Notes: a model not told the origin generated them from the letters alone. A stretch of DNA of 46,023 bases from Gemmatimonadaceae bacterium (GCA_044224875.1 JBGAJQ010000043.1:1-46023), one strand, 5' to 3'. Counted from the first letter of the stretch, positions 28,878 through 38,913 are shown. Numbers and translations are program-made.

Positions 28878-29180
28878 GTTGTCTGTCTCCTTCAGTCCGC
28901 TTTGGGGTCGCGCAGCCGTGTCTGCCACACGATGAATACGTGGACACGCGAGTACTGTCTGTGACCTGTAACGACAAAGCCGGCTCAAGTACACCTGCAG
29001 ATACAGCTGTGGTCGTTAGGCCTTCACCGTCAGGGTGCCGCGCGATGTCGCGCGTCTGGCAGCAATGAATGGCGATCGCATCGCGGACACCGTGACAGCC
29101 GACACAGCAGCCCCTTGTACACGCCAGTAGGCATGGGCTTGCGCGACGCCTCGATCGGTTATCCGCGACGACGTCGCAAT

Positions 29181-29203
29181 GCCTTCGTTACCCTAACGAA
29201 GGC
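29181..29203. promoter_or_regulatory. Perfect 10-bp inverted repeat in divergent intergenic region
   Basis: GCCTTCGTTA-CCC-TAACGAAGGC, ending 28 nt before the PglF-like start. Confidence 0.35.
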
Positions 29204-29230
29204 GAACGACGTGGGTTCCGTGGTGAATGG

Positions 29231-31264
29231 GTGGACAATGCATCGCAGGCGAGAGACGTCGTGAATCAGATTCGACTTCGCAACCGGCACCACCTGGTAA
29301 TCGACGCTGTCCTCCTCGGCGTCGCGACCATGTTCTCCTTCACGCTGCGGTTCGAGGGACTCGACTGGCTGGTGGTCTACGGGACCAGCGCGTTCGTGTA
29401 CGTGGCGACCTCGCTCATCGCGCGACTGCTGGTGTTCTATCGCCTCGGCATGTATCGGCGACTCTGGTATCTGGCGAGCGTCGCGGAGATGGAGCGCGTG
29501 CTACTCGCCGGGCTGGTAGCCGGCGGCGTGTCCTTCGCGCTCGGCGCGTTCGTTCTCCCCGCACTTCGACTCGCGGAAACGCGGATTCCGCTGAGCGTGT
29601 TAGCCATGGACGTTCTCTTCACGCTCGGCGTGGCAGGGCTTCCACGGTTCTTCGCGCGGCTTGCATCGTGGCATATACAGCTCAAACGTTCCGGCGATGG
29701 TTCACGCGTCATCATTGCTGGTGCGGGCGAGGCCGGACAGATGGTTGCACGTGAGTTGCTGGGACGACCTCAGTTGAGCTTGACGCCCATTGGCTTTGTC
29801 GATGACGATCGGTCGAAGCACGGGCATCGGCTCATGGAGCTTCCCGTTCTCGGGTCCCTACAGGACTTGCCGCAACTCCTGAAGGATCACGCCGCGACTG
29901 AAGTCATCATCGCCATGCCGTCGGCACCAGGCACTGCGGTGCGCCGTGTGGTGCGCGCGGCCTTGGAGGCCGGCGTCCATGCGAGGACAGTCCCGGGGCT
30001 GTATGACATCCTGTCCGGACAGGTCGAGATCTCGCAGTTCCGCGAAGTGCAGATCCATGATCTACTGCGTCGCGCACCCATCGAGACCGACCTCGACGCC
30101 GTGGGCACGCTGGTCACTGGACGCACCGTCATGGTGACCGGCGCTGGCGGCTCGATCGGGAGTGAACTCTGCCGTCAGTTAGCACAGCTGTACCCGCGCA
30201 AGCTGATCCTATTGGGACACGGCGAGAATCCAATCTTCGAGGTGCTTCACGAACTTCGCCGATCCCACCCTTCCCTGCGACTCACCCCCATCATCGCCGA
30301 CGTTCGCAACCGCGCACGAATCGACAAGATCTTTGCCGAGCTGCGGCCACAGGTCGTCTTTCACGCGGCTGCGCATAAGCACGTGCCCTTGATGGAACAG
30401 AACGTGGTAGAGGCGCTCTCCAACAATGTCATCGGGACGCGGAACGTCGTGGATGCCGCCTCGCGGAGTGGCGTGCGCCACTTTGTACTGATCTCCACCG
30501 ACAAAGCCATCCGTCCCACGAGCGTGATGGGAGCCAGCAAGCGCGTCGCCGAAGAATTGGTGCAGCTGGAGGCTCAGGCAACGGGGCTTGCCTTCGTGTC
30601 CGTCCGATTCGGCAATGTGCTAGGCAGCCGTGGAAGCGTGGTGCCAACCTTTCTGGAGCAAATCCGGGCGGGCGGACCGGTCACGGTGACTCACCCCGAC
30701 ATGTGCCGGTTCTTCATGACGATCCCCGAAGCCGTGCAGCTTGTGTTGCAGGCAGGGACACTCGGCCGCGGCGGCGAGGTGTTCGTGCTGGACATGGGAG
30801 AACCCGTGAAGATTGTTGATCTCGCGCGAGATCTCATTCGGCTCTCCGGTCTCAAGGAGGGGGAGGACATCGAGGTTGCGTTCACCGGACGCCGCCCTGG
30901 CGAGAAGTTGTTTGAGGAAATCTTCTCTTCGAGCGAGCAGGTCGATCGAACGGAACATCCCAAGGTGCTGATCGCGCGAAACGTGGACTTGGTGGACGAC
31001 ATCTGGCTGCGCATCGAGCGACTGGTACGCGCCACGGAGAGCGGCGCCACCGACGCCCACCTGCTGACCCTGTTGCGCACACTGGTCCCGGAGTTCCAAC
31101 CGGATCAGCCGGCTGCGTGGGCCACGATGCGCCAGGAGCAGGCGGCTATCGAAGTAGCCGACCGGCGGGCGACGCGCCGCGCCGACGTCCGCCACCACGA
31201 AACGTACGTCGGAACCGCGGACGGCGTACGTCCGCCGGCGCCGCCAACGCAGGCTTCAGCCTAA
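29231..31264 (+). CDS. Membrane-anchored UDP-GlcNAc 4,6-dehydratase (PglF/CapD/WbpM family)
   Basis: Four N-terminal TMs, GAGEAG, TGAGGSIGSEL, HAAAHKHVP, ISTDKA, MGASKR, VRFGNVLGSRGSVVP and RPGEKLFEE. Confidence 0.93.
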   Translation: MDNASQARDVVNQIRLRNRHHLVIDAVLLGVATMFSFTLRFEGLDWLVVYGTSAFVYVATSLIARLLVFYRLGMYRRLWYLASVAEMERVLLAGLVAGGVSFALGAFVLPALRLAETRIPLSVLAMDVLFTLGVAGLPRFFARLASWHIQLKRSGDGSRVIIAGAGEAGQMVARELLGRPQLSLTPIGFVDDDRSKHGHRLMELPVLGSLQDLPQLLKDHAATEVIIAMPSAPGTAVRRVVRAALEAGVHARTVPGLYDILSGQVEISQFREVQIHDLLRRAPIETDLDAVGTLVTGRTVMVTGAGGSIGSELCRQLAQLYPRKLILLGHGENPIFEVLHELRRSHPSLRLTPIIADVRNRARIDKIFAELRPQVVFHAAAHKHVPLMEQNVVEALSNNVIGTRNVVDAASRSGVRHFVLISTDKAIRPTSVMGASKRVAEELVQLEAQATGLAFVSVRFGNVLGSRGSVVPTFLEQIRAGGPVTVTHPDMCRFFMTIPEAVQLVLQAGTLGRGGEVFVLDMGEPVKIVDLARDLIRLSGLKEGEDIEVAFTGRRPGEKLFEEIFSSSEQVDRTEHPKVLIARNVDLVDDIWLRIERLVRATESGATDAHLLTLLRTLVPEFQPDQPAAWATMRQEQAAIEVADRRATRRADVRHHETYVGTADGVRPPAPPTQASA

Positions 31265-31343
31265 CGGCGTCCGATCGTCGGTCCGCACATCACTTGCGCC
31301 GGACACTGCAGGCATGGCATGGTGTGGTCAGCTCAACCACACC

Positions 31344-31880
31344 ATGGTCACGTCCTCCCCGCCTACCGACAAAGAATACGTCATCCTCGTAAACACGAAG
31401 GATGAGCAGGTCGGCATCGAGGAAAAGCTGCGGGCGCACCAGCGAGGCGTGCTGCATCGCGCGTTTTCGGTGTTCGTCGTGAACTCCAACGGATCGATAC
31501 TCCTCCAGCGCCGAGCGGCCACCAAGTATCACTCGGCGGGCCTTTGGACCAACACCGCATGCGGCCACCCGCGTCCCGGCGAGGAAATCGCCGCCGCGGC
31601 CGCAAGGCGCCTTCGGGAAGAGATGGGTGTCGCGTGCGACCTTCGCGAGGTCAGCGCGTTCACGTATCGCACCGCGGTCAGCCAGGAACTCACCGAGCAC
31701 GAGTTCGATCACGTCCTCATTGGCGAATGGAGTGGGTCGCCTGCGCCAAATCCTGACGAAGTCGAGGACTGGCGATGGCGCGCACCATCGGACATCGAGC
31801 GGGACTTAGCCACCGATTCCAGCCAATACACGGCGTGGTTTCCGCGCGCCTGGAAGGTCGCATCGGTGGCACGGCCCTAA
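31344..31880 (+). CDS. idi: Isopentenyl-diphosphate delta-isomerase, type 1
   Basis: LHRAFSVF, LLQRRA..KYHSAGLWTNTACGHP, RLREEMG, EHEFDHV and PDEV. Confidence 0.93.
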   Translation: MVTSSPPTDKEYVILVNTKDEQVGIEEKLRAHQRGVLHRAFSVFVVNSNGSILLQRRAATKYHSAGLWTNTACGHPRPGEEIAAAAARRLREEMGVACDLREVSAFTYRTAVSQELTEHEFDHVLIGEWSGSPAPNPDEVEDWRWRAPSDIERDLATDSSQYTAWFPRAWKVASVARP

Positions 31881-31957
31881 CAGCAGGTCGATCAGCCTAC
31901 TCGCGCAGGCGCATCCGGAAGCCGATCTTCCCTGCGACCCCGACCTGCCGACCCCCC

Positions 31958-34492
31958 ATGTGCTCCCTTCGTAGACTGATTGCGCTCACGGCGCTGTGCC
32001 CCACCCTCGCAGTCGCCCAACTCCCGTCCATAGGCGAGTTCACGCGCGGCTTGGAGGCGAAGGATGGGTTTATCTCCCTCTACTATCAGCCCAGCACGGC
32101 GCGCCTCTACTTCCAGCTCGAACACTTCGGCCGCGAATTTCTCTATCTCCGTACCCTGGCCACCGGACTGGGTATTCCAGCGGCAGGCGTAGGCACCATC
32201 GGAGGCGATATCGACCGCGGCGTGGCAGCGAACGAGGCCATCGCGCACTTCGCGCGGCAGGGAACCAAGGTGTTCCTGGTGGCGCGCAATACGCGCTTTC
32301 GCGCGGTGTCACCCAACGCGGCGCTGACGCGTTCGGTGGAGGACGCGTTCTCGACCAGCACACTGGCATCGCTCGAAATCGTTGCGCAGGACCCGGGCGG
32401 CGCTGTGCTCGTGGATGCCACACCGTTGGCCCTGACGGATGTGGCCGACGTCCGTGCCCAGCTGCGAGCCAGCGACGAAGGGGCCTTCCAGCTGGATCCC
32501 AACCGCAGCGCCGTCTACCTGGAGCACACACGCGTCTTCCCCAACAACACCGAAGTCGAAGCGTCGCTCACCTTCACGATCGATGCCCCGACAGATCGTA
32601 TGAACGCGCACGCGGTGGACGGCCGGGCCATCACAGTCCGAGAGCATCAGTCCTTCGTTGCCCTCCCCGACGATGGATACGCACCGAGGCTGTTTGACCC
32701 GCGCGTCGGGTTCAATCCGACGGAATTCTATGATTTCGGCAAGCTCTACGACGAACGGTATATCACGCGATTCGCGTCGCGTCATCGACTCATCAAGAAG
32801 GACCCGGCAGCGGCGATGAGCGAGCCGGTGAAGCCGATCGTCTACTACCTGGACCGGGCAGTCCCCGAACCGTATCGCGCCGCGTTCAAGACAGGCGCCG
32901 CCTGGTGGAACAAGGCATTTGAGGCGGCCGGTTTCATCAACGCATTTCGTGTCGAGGACATGCCGGACGACATGGACCCCATGGACGCGCGATTCAACGT
33001 GATCGTTTGGATTCATCGGACCCAGCCGGCGTCGTCCTACGGCAATTCGTTTGTCGACCCCCGCACCGGCGAGATCATCCGCGGCTTTGCCCGGATGGAT
33101 TCGCACCGCTCGGTCGTCGACTACAACATTCTTGCCGGAGCCACCGGAGCAGATGCATCGGGCGGGGCCGGCGGCGGTGACGCCGCCGACGCCCTCGCCG
33201 CGATGGATGACGAAACAGCCACGTGGATCGCCACGTTGGACTCTGCCCGTGCCGACAGCTTCACGATGGCGCGCCGACGCCAACACATCGCGCATGAGCT
33301 CGGGCACACCCTGGGACTCGCGCACAACTTCGCAGGACACATCAATGGGCGCGCATCGGCGATGGATTACCCGGCGCCTCTGATCAGGCTCACCAACGGA
33401 CGTATCGACGTGTCTGACGCGTACCGTGTAGGCATCGGCGCCTATGATTCCCTGGCCATCCAGTGGGGATACTCTCAATTCGCCTCAGGCGACGAGAGCG
33501 CGGGGCTCGCGCGCATCACCACGGACATGATGCGCAAAGGCATCCTGTTCATGACCAATCCCGACGAGCAGATCCAGAACTCGCACCCGGACATCACGAC
33601 GTGGGTGAATGGACCGTATGCCGTCGCCGAGCTTCCACGAGTCATGGAAGTGAGAAGGGCCCTGCTGGCGCAATTCGATGAACGCGCCATACGCCCTGGC
33701 GATCCCATGTGGCTGCTCAATTATCGGTTCAATCCCGTGTACCTGCACCACCGCTACTCCCTTGGCGCGACGGCCAAGGCAATCGGCGGAATGGAGTATC
33801 GATACGGGGTGCGCGGCGACACGATGCCCGTGACGCAAATCGTCCCGGCGGCGCGCCAACGGAAAGCACTGGAGTTGCTGCTGGACGCCATGCAGCCCGA
33901 CGAGCTGGCCATTCCCGAACGCGTGTTGCGGCTGATGGCACCGCGACCGTATGGCTACACGGAGGATGAGCCGCGGGCATTCGACTCCAAGGCCGCGCCC
34001 GCGTTCGACCAACTCGGTATTGCCAGCATGCTCGCTCGCAGCGTGACACGCGACATCCTCGTGCCGCAGCGGGTGGCACGGGTTGCCGCATTTGCCCAGC
34101 GCGACAGTACCCTGCCCACGCCCGTTGACGTCATCGATCGCATGATTGCTCGGACATGGGGCGCCACGCCTCCCACCCGGAACACCGCACTCAAGCGCGT
34201 GGCCGAGCGCGCCGTGCTTGACGAGTTGCTCACTCTCGCGGGAAACACAGATGCCACCGTGGACGCGCGAGCGGCGGCGGAGTGGGGCCTTCGGAGGATT
34301 TCCACACTGCTCGCGAACGCACCGGCCGCAAGCCGCGAGGCCGCCGCCCATCGAGCCCTCGCCAGTGCCGATATCGATCGCTTCCTCCAGCGCCGCGATC
34401 CCGGCACGCCTCGCAGCCGACCCGTGGCTTCGCCGCCAGGTCAACCGATCGGCCAGAGGACTCGCCCTAACCGGGACGCGCAACGCCCCTGA
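31958..34492 (+). CDS. Secreted zinc-dependent metalloprotease (DUF5117/DUF4953-type metzincin)
   Basis: Signal peptide, FDPRVG, KPIVYYLD, DPRTGEI, HELGHTLGLAHN and Met-turn SAMDY. Start set at ATG 31958. Confidence 0.88.
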   Translation: MCSLRRLIALTALCPTLAVAQLPSIGEFTRGLEAKDGFISLYYQPSTARLYFQLEHFGREFLYLRTLATGLGIPAAGVGTIGGDIDRGVAANEAIAHFARQGTKVFLVARNTRFRAVSPNAALTRSVEDAFSTSTLASLEIVAQDPGGAVLVDATPLALTDVADVRAQLRASDEGAFQLDPNRSAVYLEHTRVFPNNTEVEASLTFTIDAPTDRMNAHAVDGRAITVREHQSFVALPDDGYAPRLFDPRVGFNPTEFYDFGKLYDERYITRFASRHRLIKKDPAAAMSEPVKPIVYYLDRAVPEPYRAAFKTGAAWWNKAFEAAGFINAFRVEDMPDDMDPMDARFNVIVWIHRTQPASSYGNSFVDPRTGEIIRGFARMDSHRSVVDYNILAGATGADASGGAGGGDAADALAAMDDETATWIATLDSARADSFTMARRRQHIAHELGHTLGLAHNFAGHINGRASAMDYPAPLIRLTNGRIDVSDAYRVGIGAYDSLAIQWGYSQFASGDESAGLARITTDMMRKGILFMTNPDEQIQNSHPDITTWVNGPYAVAELPRVMEVRRALLAQFDERAIRPGDPMWLLNYRFNPVYLHHRYSLGATAKAIGGMEYRYGVRGDTMPVTQIVPAARQRKALELLLDAMQPDELAIPERVLRLMAPRPYGYTEDEPRAFDSKAAPAFDQLGIASMLARSVTRDILVPQRVARVAAFAQRDSTLPTPVDVIDRMIARTWGATPPTRNTALKRVAERAVLDELLTLAGNTDATVDARAAAEWGLRRISTLLANAPAASREAAAHRALASADIDRFLQRRDPGTPRSRPVASPPGQPIGQRTRPNRDAQRP

Positions 34493-34534
34493 GCGTAGGA
34501 CGCATCTCGCCTGATCTCGCCGGGAGGACCCTCC

Positions 34535-35176
34535 ATGCTTATCGAATCGTCTGTCCCCGAACAGGCAACAGGTGGAGCAATGTCTGAGTTGCCCCGCCAA
34601 ATGCGCGTTGTTCCTGACGTCGCGCGAGATTCCCCGTTCCCCGCCTATGAAGGAAATCACTCTATCCGCGGACGCCGCCTCGAGCGTCAGCGCACACCAC
34701 TCCTTGTCACGTCTGCCATTGCTACAGCGCTCGCGATGCTTCGACTTTGGAGTCAGGATGCACCCCTGTGGTATTTCTGGGTCGTGCTGGCGCTCTGCCT
34801 TGTCTCCGTGGCCGCCGTGTCCTGGGCCCAGTCAGTCCGTGCGCGAACGGCCACGCGCGTGAGCGTATGTGCGGGCAACCTGCATGTGCAGGTTCGCGGA
34901 GTCACGGATGTGATTCCGTTGCGACTTGTACGGTTGGTAGAGGTTGGCTGTCCCGCGGAAGGGGATTGTCGGCTCACCGTCTCCCTCATGGACGCGGGCG
35001 ACTTGTCGTCACGACAGACGCCAATCTCGTTCGTCCCTCGAGGACCTCGCGGCGATCGCTCCGCTGCGCAATCAGTCGCGACCTTGTTGCGACGCGCGGT
35101 CGCAGAGGCGAAGCGTGAGGCGTCGCTCTCGCCCGTCAGCTCGCACTCGCCAGTTCAATCGCGCGTCGTTCATTGA
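34535..35176 (+). CDS. Hypothetical membrane protein (2 TM)
   Basis: GGAGG RBS upstream and two hydrophobic helices. Fills the gap between genes. Alternative start at 34580. Confidence 0.5.
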   Translation: MLIESSVPEQATGGAMSELPRQMRVVPDVARDSPFPAYEGNHSIRGRRLERQRTPLLVTSAIATALAMLRLWSQDAPLWYFWVVLALCLVSVAAVSWAQSVRARTATRVSVCAGNLHVQVRGVTDVIPLRLVRLVEVGCPAEGDCRLTVSLMDAGDLSSRQTPISFVPRGPRGDRSAAQSVATLLRRAVAEAKREASLSPVSSHSPVQSRVVH

Positions 35177-36440
35177 CGCCTGCAAGGAGCACGCCCCCAA
35201 CGACGAAGAACAAGATGAGCACGGCGACACCTGCACGCTGCGATCCGAAAGCCGCCGTCATCACGCCGAGGAGGAAGGGGCCGAGGAAGGAGGTGGCCTT
35301 GCCGGAAAAATTGAAGAAACCGAAGAACTCCGATTGGTTCTTTTCCGGTACCATGCGGGACATGAGGGAACGACTGGCCGACTGATTCGGGCCGACAAAG
35401 AGTCCGATCAGGATGCCCGCCACCCAGAACCAGGTGCGGTTTGGCGCCCACACAGCCATGGCCGTTGCAGCTGTCAAGGCGGCCAGCGTTGCCATGATCG
35501 TCGTCTTGCCACCCAGCTTGTCGTCCAGGTGCCCGAACACCACGGCGCCAACGCCCGACGCCACATTCAATGCCACCCCAAAAACGATGACCTCGGCAAG
35601 CGTCATACCGAATGTGCCTTGGGCGTAGATGCCGCCGAAGGCAAAGATCGTCACCAATCCATCGTTGTAGATCAGGCGAGCCAACAGGTACTTGCCGACC
35701 TCGCGATATCTCCGGATCTCTCGAAAGGTCGCCGCCAACTCGGCAAAGGCCTCGCGTGCGTTGAAGCGTACCTTCCCTGCACGTTGCTCCGGAACGAACA
35801 GGAAGAGCGGAATGGCAAAGACGGCGAACCAGACCGCAACCAGCAAGTTCGTTGCGCGCACATTGAAGCCGTTCACCTTCGACAAACCGAACCAGGGGAT
35901 CTCCGGCTGGACGAAGCCAATGAGCGCGATCCCCATGCAGATCAGACCGCCTGCGTAGCCTAGTCCCCACCCGTATCCGGAGACGCGGCCCAGACGTGCC
36001 GGCGATGCGATGGTCGGCAGGAACGCGTTATAGAACACGTATCCGGTCTCGAAATTGAAGTCCGCGATGACATACAGCGTGAGCGCAACCAATGCCGCAT
36101 TGGGATCGATGGGTGAAACAAACGCCAAAGCCGCTGTCGCCACGACGCAGAGCATCACGGTCACCGATAGGAACAGCTTGCGTGCCCCGGCTCGGTCGGC
36201 GGCCGCCCCCACGATCGGCGACAAGACCGAGGTGATGATGGCGCTGAGGGACACGGCGCGAGACCACCACAACGTCCCCGTCGCCTCGTCAGGCGCCATC
36301 GCCTTCGCGAAGTAGGTCGAATAGATGAATGTCACCACCAGCGTGGTGAACCCCGAGTTGGCCCAGTCGAAGAGCGCCCAGGACCAGATCACGCGTGGAA
36401 CATCGCGGGCAGCCTTGGGGACAGCGGCCGGTTCGGTCAT
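35136..36440 (-). CDS. MFS transporter (UMF1/Atg22-like)
   Basis: WALFDWANS, FYNAFLP, RVSGYGWGLGY, YNDG and QSASRSLM...EFFGFF. About 12 TMs. Confidence 0.88.
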   Translation of the reverse strand: MTEPAAVPKAARDVPRVIWSWALFDWANSGFTTLVVTFIYSTYFAKAMAPDEATGTLWWSRAVSLSAIITSVLSPIVGAAADRAGARKLFLSVTVMLCVVATAALAFVSPIDPNAALVALTLYVIADFNFETGYVFYNAFLPTIASPARLGRVSGYGWGLGYAGGLICMGIALIGFVQPEIPWFGLSKVNGFNVRATNLLVAVWFAVFAIPLFLFVPEQRAGKVRFNAREAFAELAATFREIRRYREVGKYLLARLIYNDGLVTIFAFGGIYAQGTFGMTLAEVIVFGVALNVASGVGAVVFGHLDDKLGGKTTIMATLAALTAATAMAVWAPNRTWFWVAGILIGLFVGPNQSASRSLMSRMVPEKNQSEFFGFFNFSGKATSFLGPFLLGVMTAAFGSQRAGVAVLILFFVVGGVLLAGVNERRAIELASAS

Positions 36441-37765
36441 TCAGCGCCTCGCGCCATGGTCGAATGGAAGAGAGAGTCGAGCCGTACGCCAAGCTCACGC
36501 TGCCGGACGCGCAGGGACTGCACGAGATCGCGACGCGACCGCAGCAGAAAGAACCGCCGGGCGTCGTCCCACGCATCGCGCCATCGTTGGCGGGCTTGCA
36601 GGCCAGCAATGCCTAACAATGGGATCAGTGCCAGCGCGAGGAGTGACGCCCACACGCCGAATACGACCCCCACCAAGAGCGCCAGGAGTAGCACCCAAAC
36701 CGAGTACACCACCAGTCCAACGAGTAGCTTCCAGGTCGAACGCAGGTCGACTTCGAGCGGAATGCGTCGCACCACCTGCCCGGTGACATGAAACGGCACC
36801 CAGAAGCAGATCGCCCCGGTCACGGCAGCCAGCAGCTCCAACGGTGCCAGCACGTGCAGGCGACGCACCGCCCACGACACGCCGCGCGACAACCCAACGT
36901 CCGCGATCAGGTCCGCGGGACGGACGCCGAAGCGTGCCAACCGACGCCGATAGGCCTCGACATCCCGCGCCAGGGCGCTACCTGCCGCATCGCCCGACGC
37001 CCGTACCTGAGCGAGTATCCCGGTCGTCACGCGCAACCGATCCACTCGTTCGGCGCCTGTCGGCGGAGTACCGCATTCTGCTTCCCAGACTCGGACGGCG
37101 CACTCGATCAAGGGGCCATCTTCCCACGCCTCGAGGTTCACGGTCACTGAACGAAGCGCCGCGGCGATGCGGTCCGTCAGCTCACGCACCGCGACCCCGT
37201 CTTCTGCATCGCGAGGTGCGAGGTCATCCCACGCGACAGGTTCCCCACGGTAAGCGAGTGCCTCCGATCGAAATACGTCCTTCTCACGAAGCACCAAGCC
37301 CACCGGAATGATCGGAAATGCCCGTCCGATGCGCGCGGCCGCACCTAACGCGATGCGCGCCGCCCCGGTCTTGAGCGGCGCCAATGCCGGTTCGTTGTGG
37401 CTGATGCCTTCGGGAAAGATGCCAACCGCGCCACCTGCTTCCAACACGGCGTACACGGCTCGGAAGGCGTCCTGGTTGCGGCTCATCTGCGAGCCTTCAT
37501 CGTGTCGACGGTACACGGGTATCGAACCGGCAGCCTTGACCGCCCATCCGATCTTTGCGTCATCGAAGAGTGGGGCCTTGGCCAGGAAGCGGACCGGCCG
37601 TCGCGCGGCGGCGACCACGAGCGTCGGATCTAGCAGCGAGTTCGGGTGGTTCGCCACAAGGAGCACTGGACCCGACGATGGCACACGATCGCCCGCATAC
37701 CGAATGCGATAATAGATGAACGCGGCCGAGCGTGCGACCGGCGAAAAGATCGGAAGGAGCCACAC
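36437..37765 (-). CDS. Glycerolipid (lysophospholipid) acyltransferase, PlsC superfamily, with C-terminal TMs
   Basis: NHPNSLLD (HX4D), FLAK, IPVYR, FPEGISH and KTGAARI. Confidence 0.85.
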   Translation of the reverse strand: MWLLPIFSPVARSAAFIYYRIRYAGDRVPSSGPVLLVANHPNSLLDPTLVVAAARRPVRFLAKAPLFDDAKIGWAVKAAGSIPVYRRHDEGSQMSRNQDAFRAVYAVLEAGGAVGIFPEGISHNEPALAPLKTGAARIALGAAARIGRAFPIIPVGLVLREKDVFRSEALAYRGEPVAWDDLAPRDAEDGVAVRELTDRIAAALRSVTVNLEAWEDGPLIECAVRVWEAECGTPPTGAERVDRLRVTTGILAQVRASGDAAGSALARDVEAYRRRLARFGVRPADLIADVGLSRGVSWAVRRLHVLAPLELLAAVTGAICFWVPFHVTGQVVRRIPLEVDLRSTWKLLVGLVVYSVWVLLLALLVGVVFGVWASLLALALIPLLGIAGLQARQRWRDAWDDARRFFLLRSRRDLVQSLRVRQRELGVRLDSLFHSTMARGAE

Positions 37766-37767
37766 GA

Positions 37768-38913
37768 CTAGCCGCTCGTGCTGACCTCGCGCACCCTGGC
37801 CTCCGCAAACACGGGGGCCATGAGGCCGCGTTCCGACCGCCCATGCGGGTCCTGTGAGTGGCGGATGTCATTCACCATCTCCAGCGCAGTCTGCGTGCAC
37901 GGCGCCATTTGCACTGGCGAGGTGCCAAGCGGTGTGACGCGGTCTCCCCACTTCAGCAGCAACGCGCTGTACGTCAGACCGCCACCAAAACCGGGCATAA
38001 GGAGGTACGAGCCAGGTTTCACACGACCTTCCTTCAAGGCCTCCACGAGGCTCACCGGCACGGTGGCGGCACTCATGTTCCCATACTTTTGCACCGTCAC
38101 CATCACGCGTTCCATCGGAATGCCAGCGTACTTCGCGACGGCCTCTATGATGCGAAGGTTGGCTTGATGCGGCACCACGAGGTCCACGTCGTTCGGGCTG
38201 ATGCCGTGCTCGCGCAGCACGCGTTCCGACGCCTCACTCATTGCCTTCACGGCGCGCTTGAAGATCGCCTGCCCGTCAAAATCCCATAGGGTGTCGCCGA
38301 ACGTCACGTCGCGTCCGGCGTAGCTGCAACCGATGCCCCGCACACGTAGCGTTTCGCGCCCCTCGGCATCACAGCCCAACACGCTCCCCAGTACCCCTTC
38401 CTTATGGTCGCTGGCCTGGACCACCACGGCCGCGGCACCGTCACCAAACAGCACGGCCACGTTTCGATTGGTCCAGTCCATGTACCGGCTGATCAGCTCG
38501 ACGCCGATCACCACGGCGTTCGTCACCACACCACTCTGGATCATGGCGGTCGCCGTGGACAACCCGTACAGGAACGACGTACACGCGGTGTTGATGTCCA
38601 TTGCCGCGGCTCGCGTGGCGCCTAACGCGATCTGCACTCCCGAGGCGCTGTTGGGCACCGCCTCCTCGTTGCTGCACCCACCATACACGATCAGCTCCAC
38701 ATCGGCGGCGTCGAGACCAGCACAGGCGAGGGCGCGCGACGACGCCAGCGTGGCCATTTCGATCGCCGAGACGTGTGACACGCGCCGCTCCTTCATGCCG
38801 GTACGCGAGTAGATCCACTCGTCCGACGTCTCCAAAAAAGTCGAGAGGTCGTCGTTGGTGAGGACGGCCGGGGGCATGCCGTCACCCCATCCCGTAATGG
38901 CGGCGTATTTCAT
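37768..38913 (-). CDS. fabH: 3-oxoacyl-ACP synthase III
   Basis: TSDEWI..RTG, catalytic Cys (TACTSF), His (VPHQAN), Asn (YGNMSAA), LFGDGA and FGGGL. Confidence 0.9.
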   Translation of the reverse strand: MKYAAITGWGDGMPPAVLTNDDLSTFLETSDEWIYSRTGMKERRVSHVSAIEMATLASSRALACAGLDAADVELIVYGGCSNEEAVPNSASGVQIALGATRAAAMDINTACTSFLYGLSTATAMIQSGVVTNAVVIGVELISRYMDWTNRNVAVLFGDGAAAVVVQASDHKEGVLGSVLGCDAEGRETLRVRGIGCSYAGRDVTFGDTLWDFDGQAIFKRAVKAMSEASERVLREHGISPNDVDLVVPHQANLRIIEAVAKYAGIPMERVMVTVQKYGNMSAATVPVSLVEALKEGRVKPGSYLLMPGFGGGLTYSALLLKWGDRVTPLGTSPVQMAPCTQTALEMVNDIRHSQDPHGRSERGLMAPVFAEARVREVSTSG

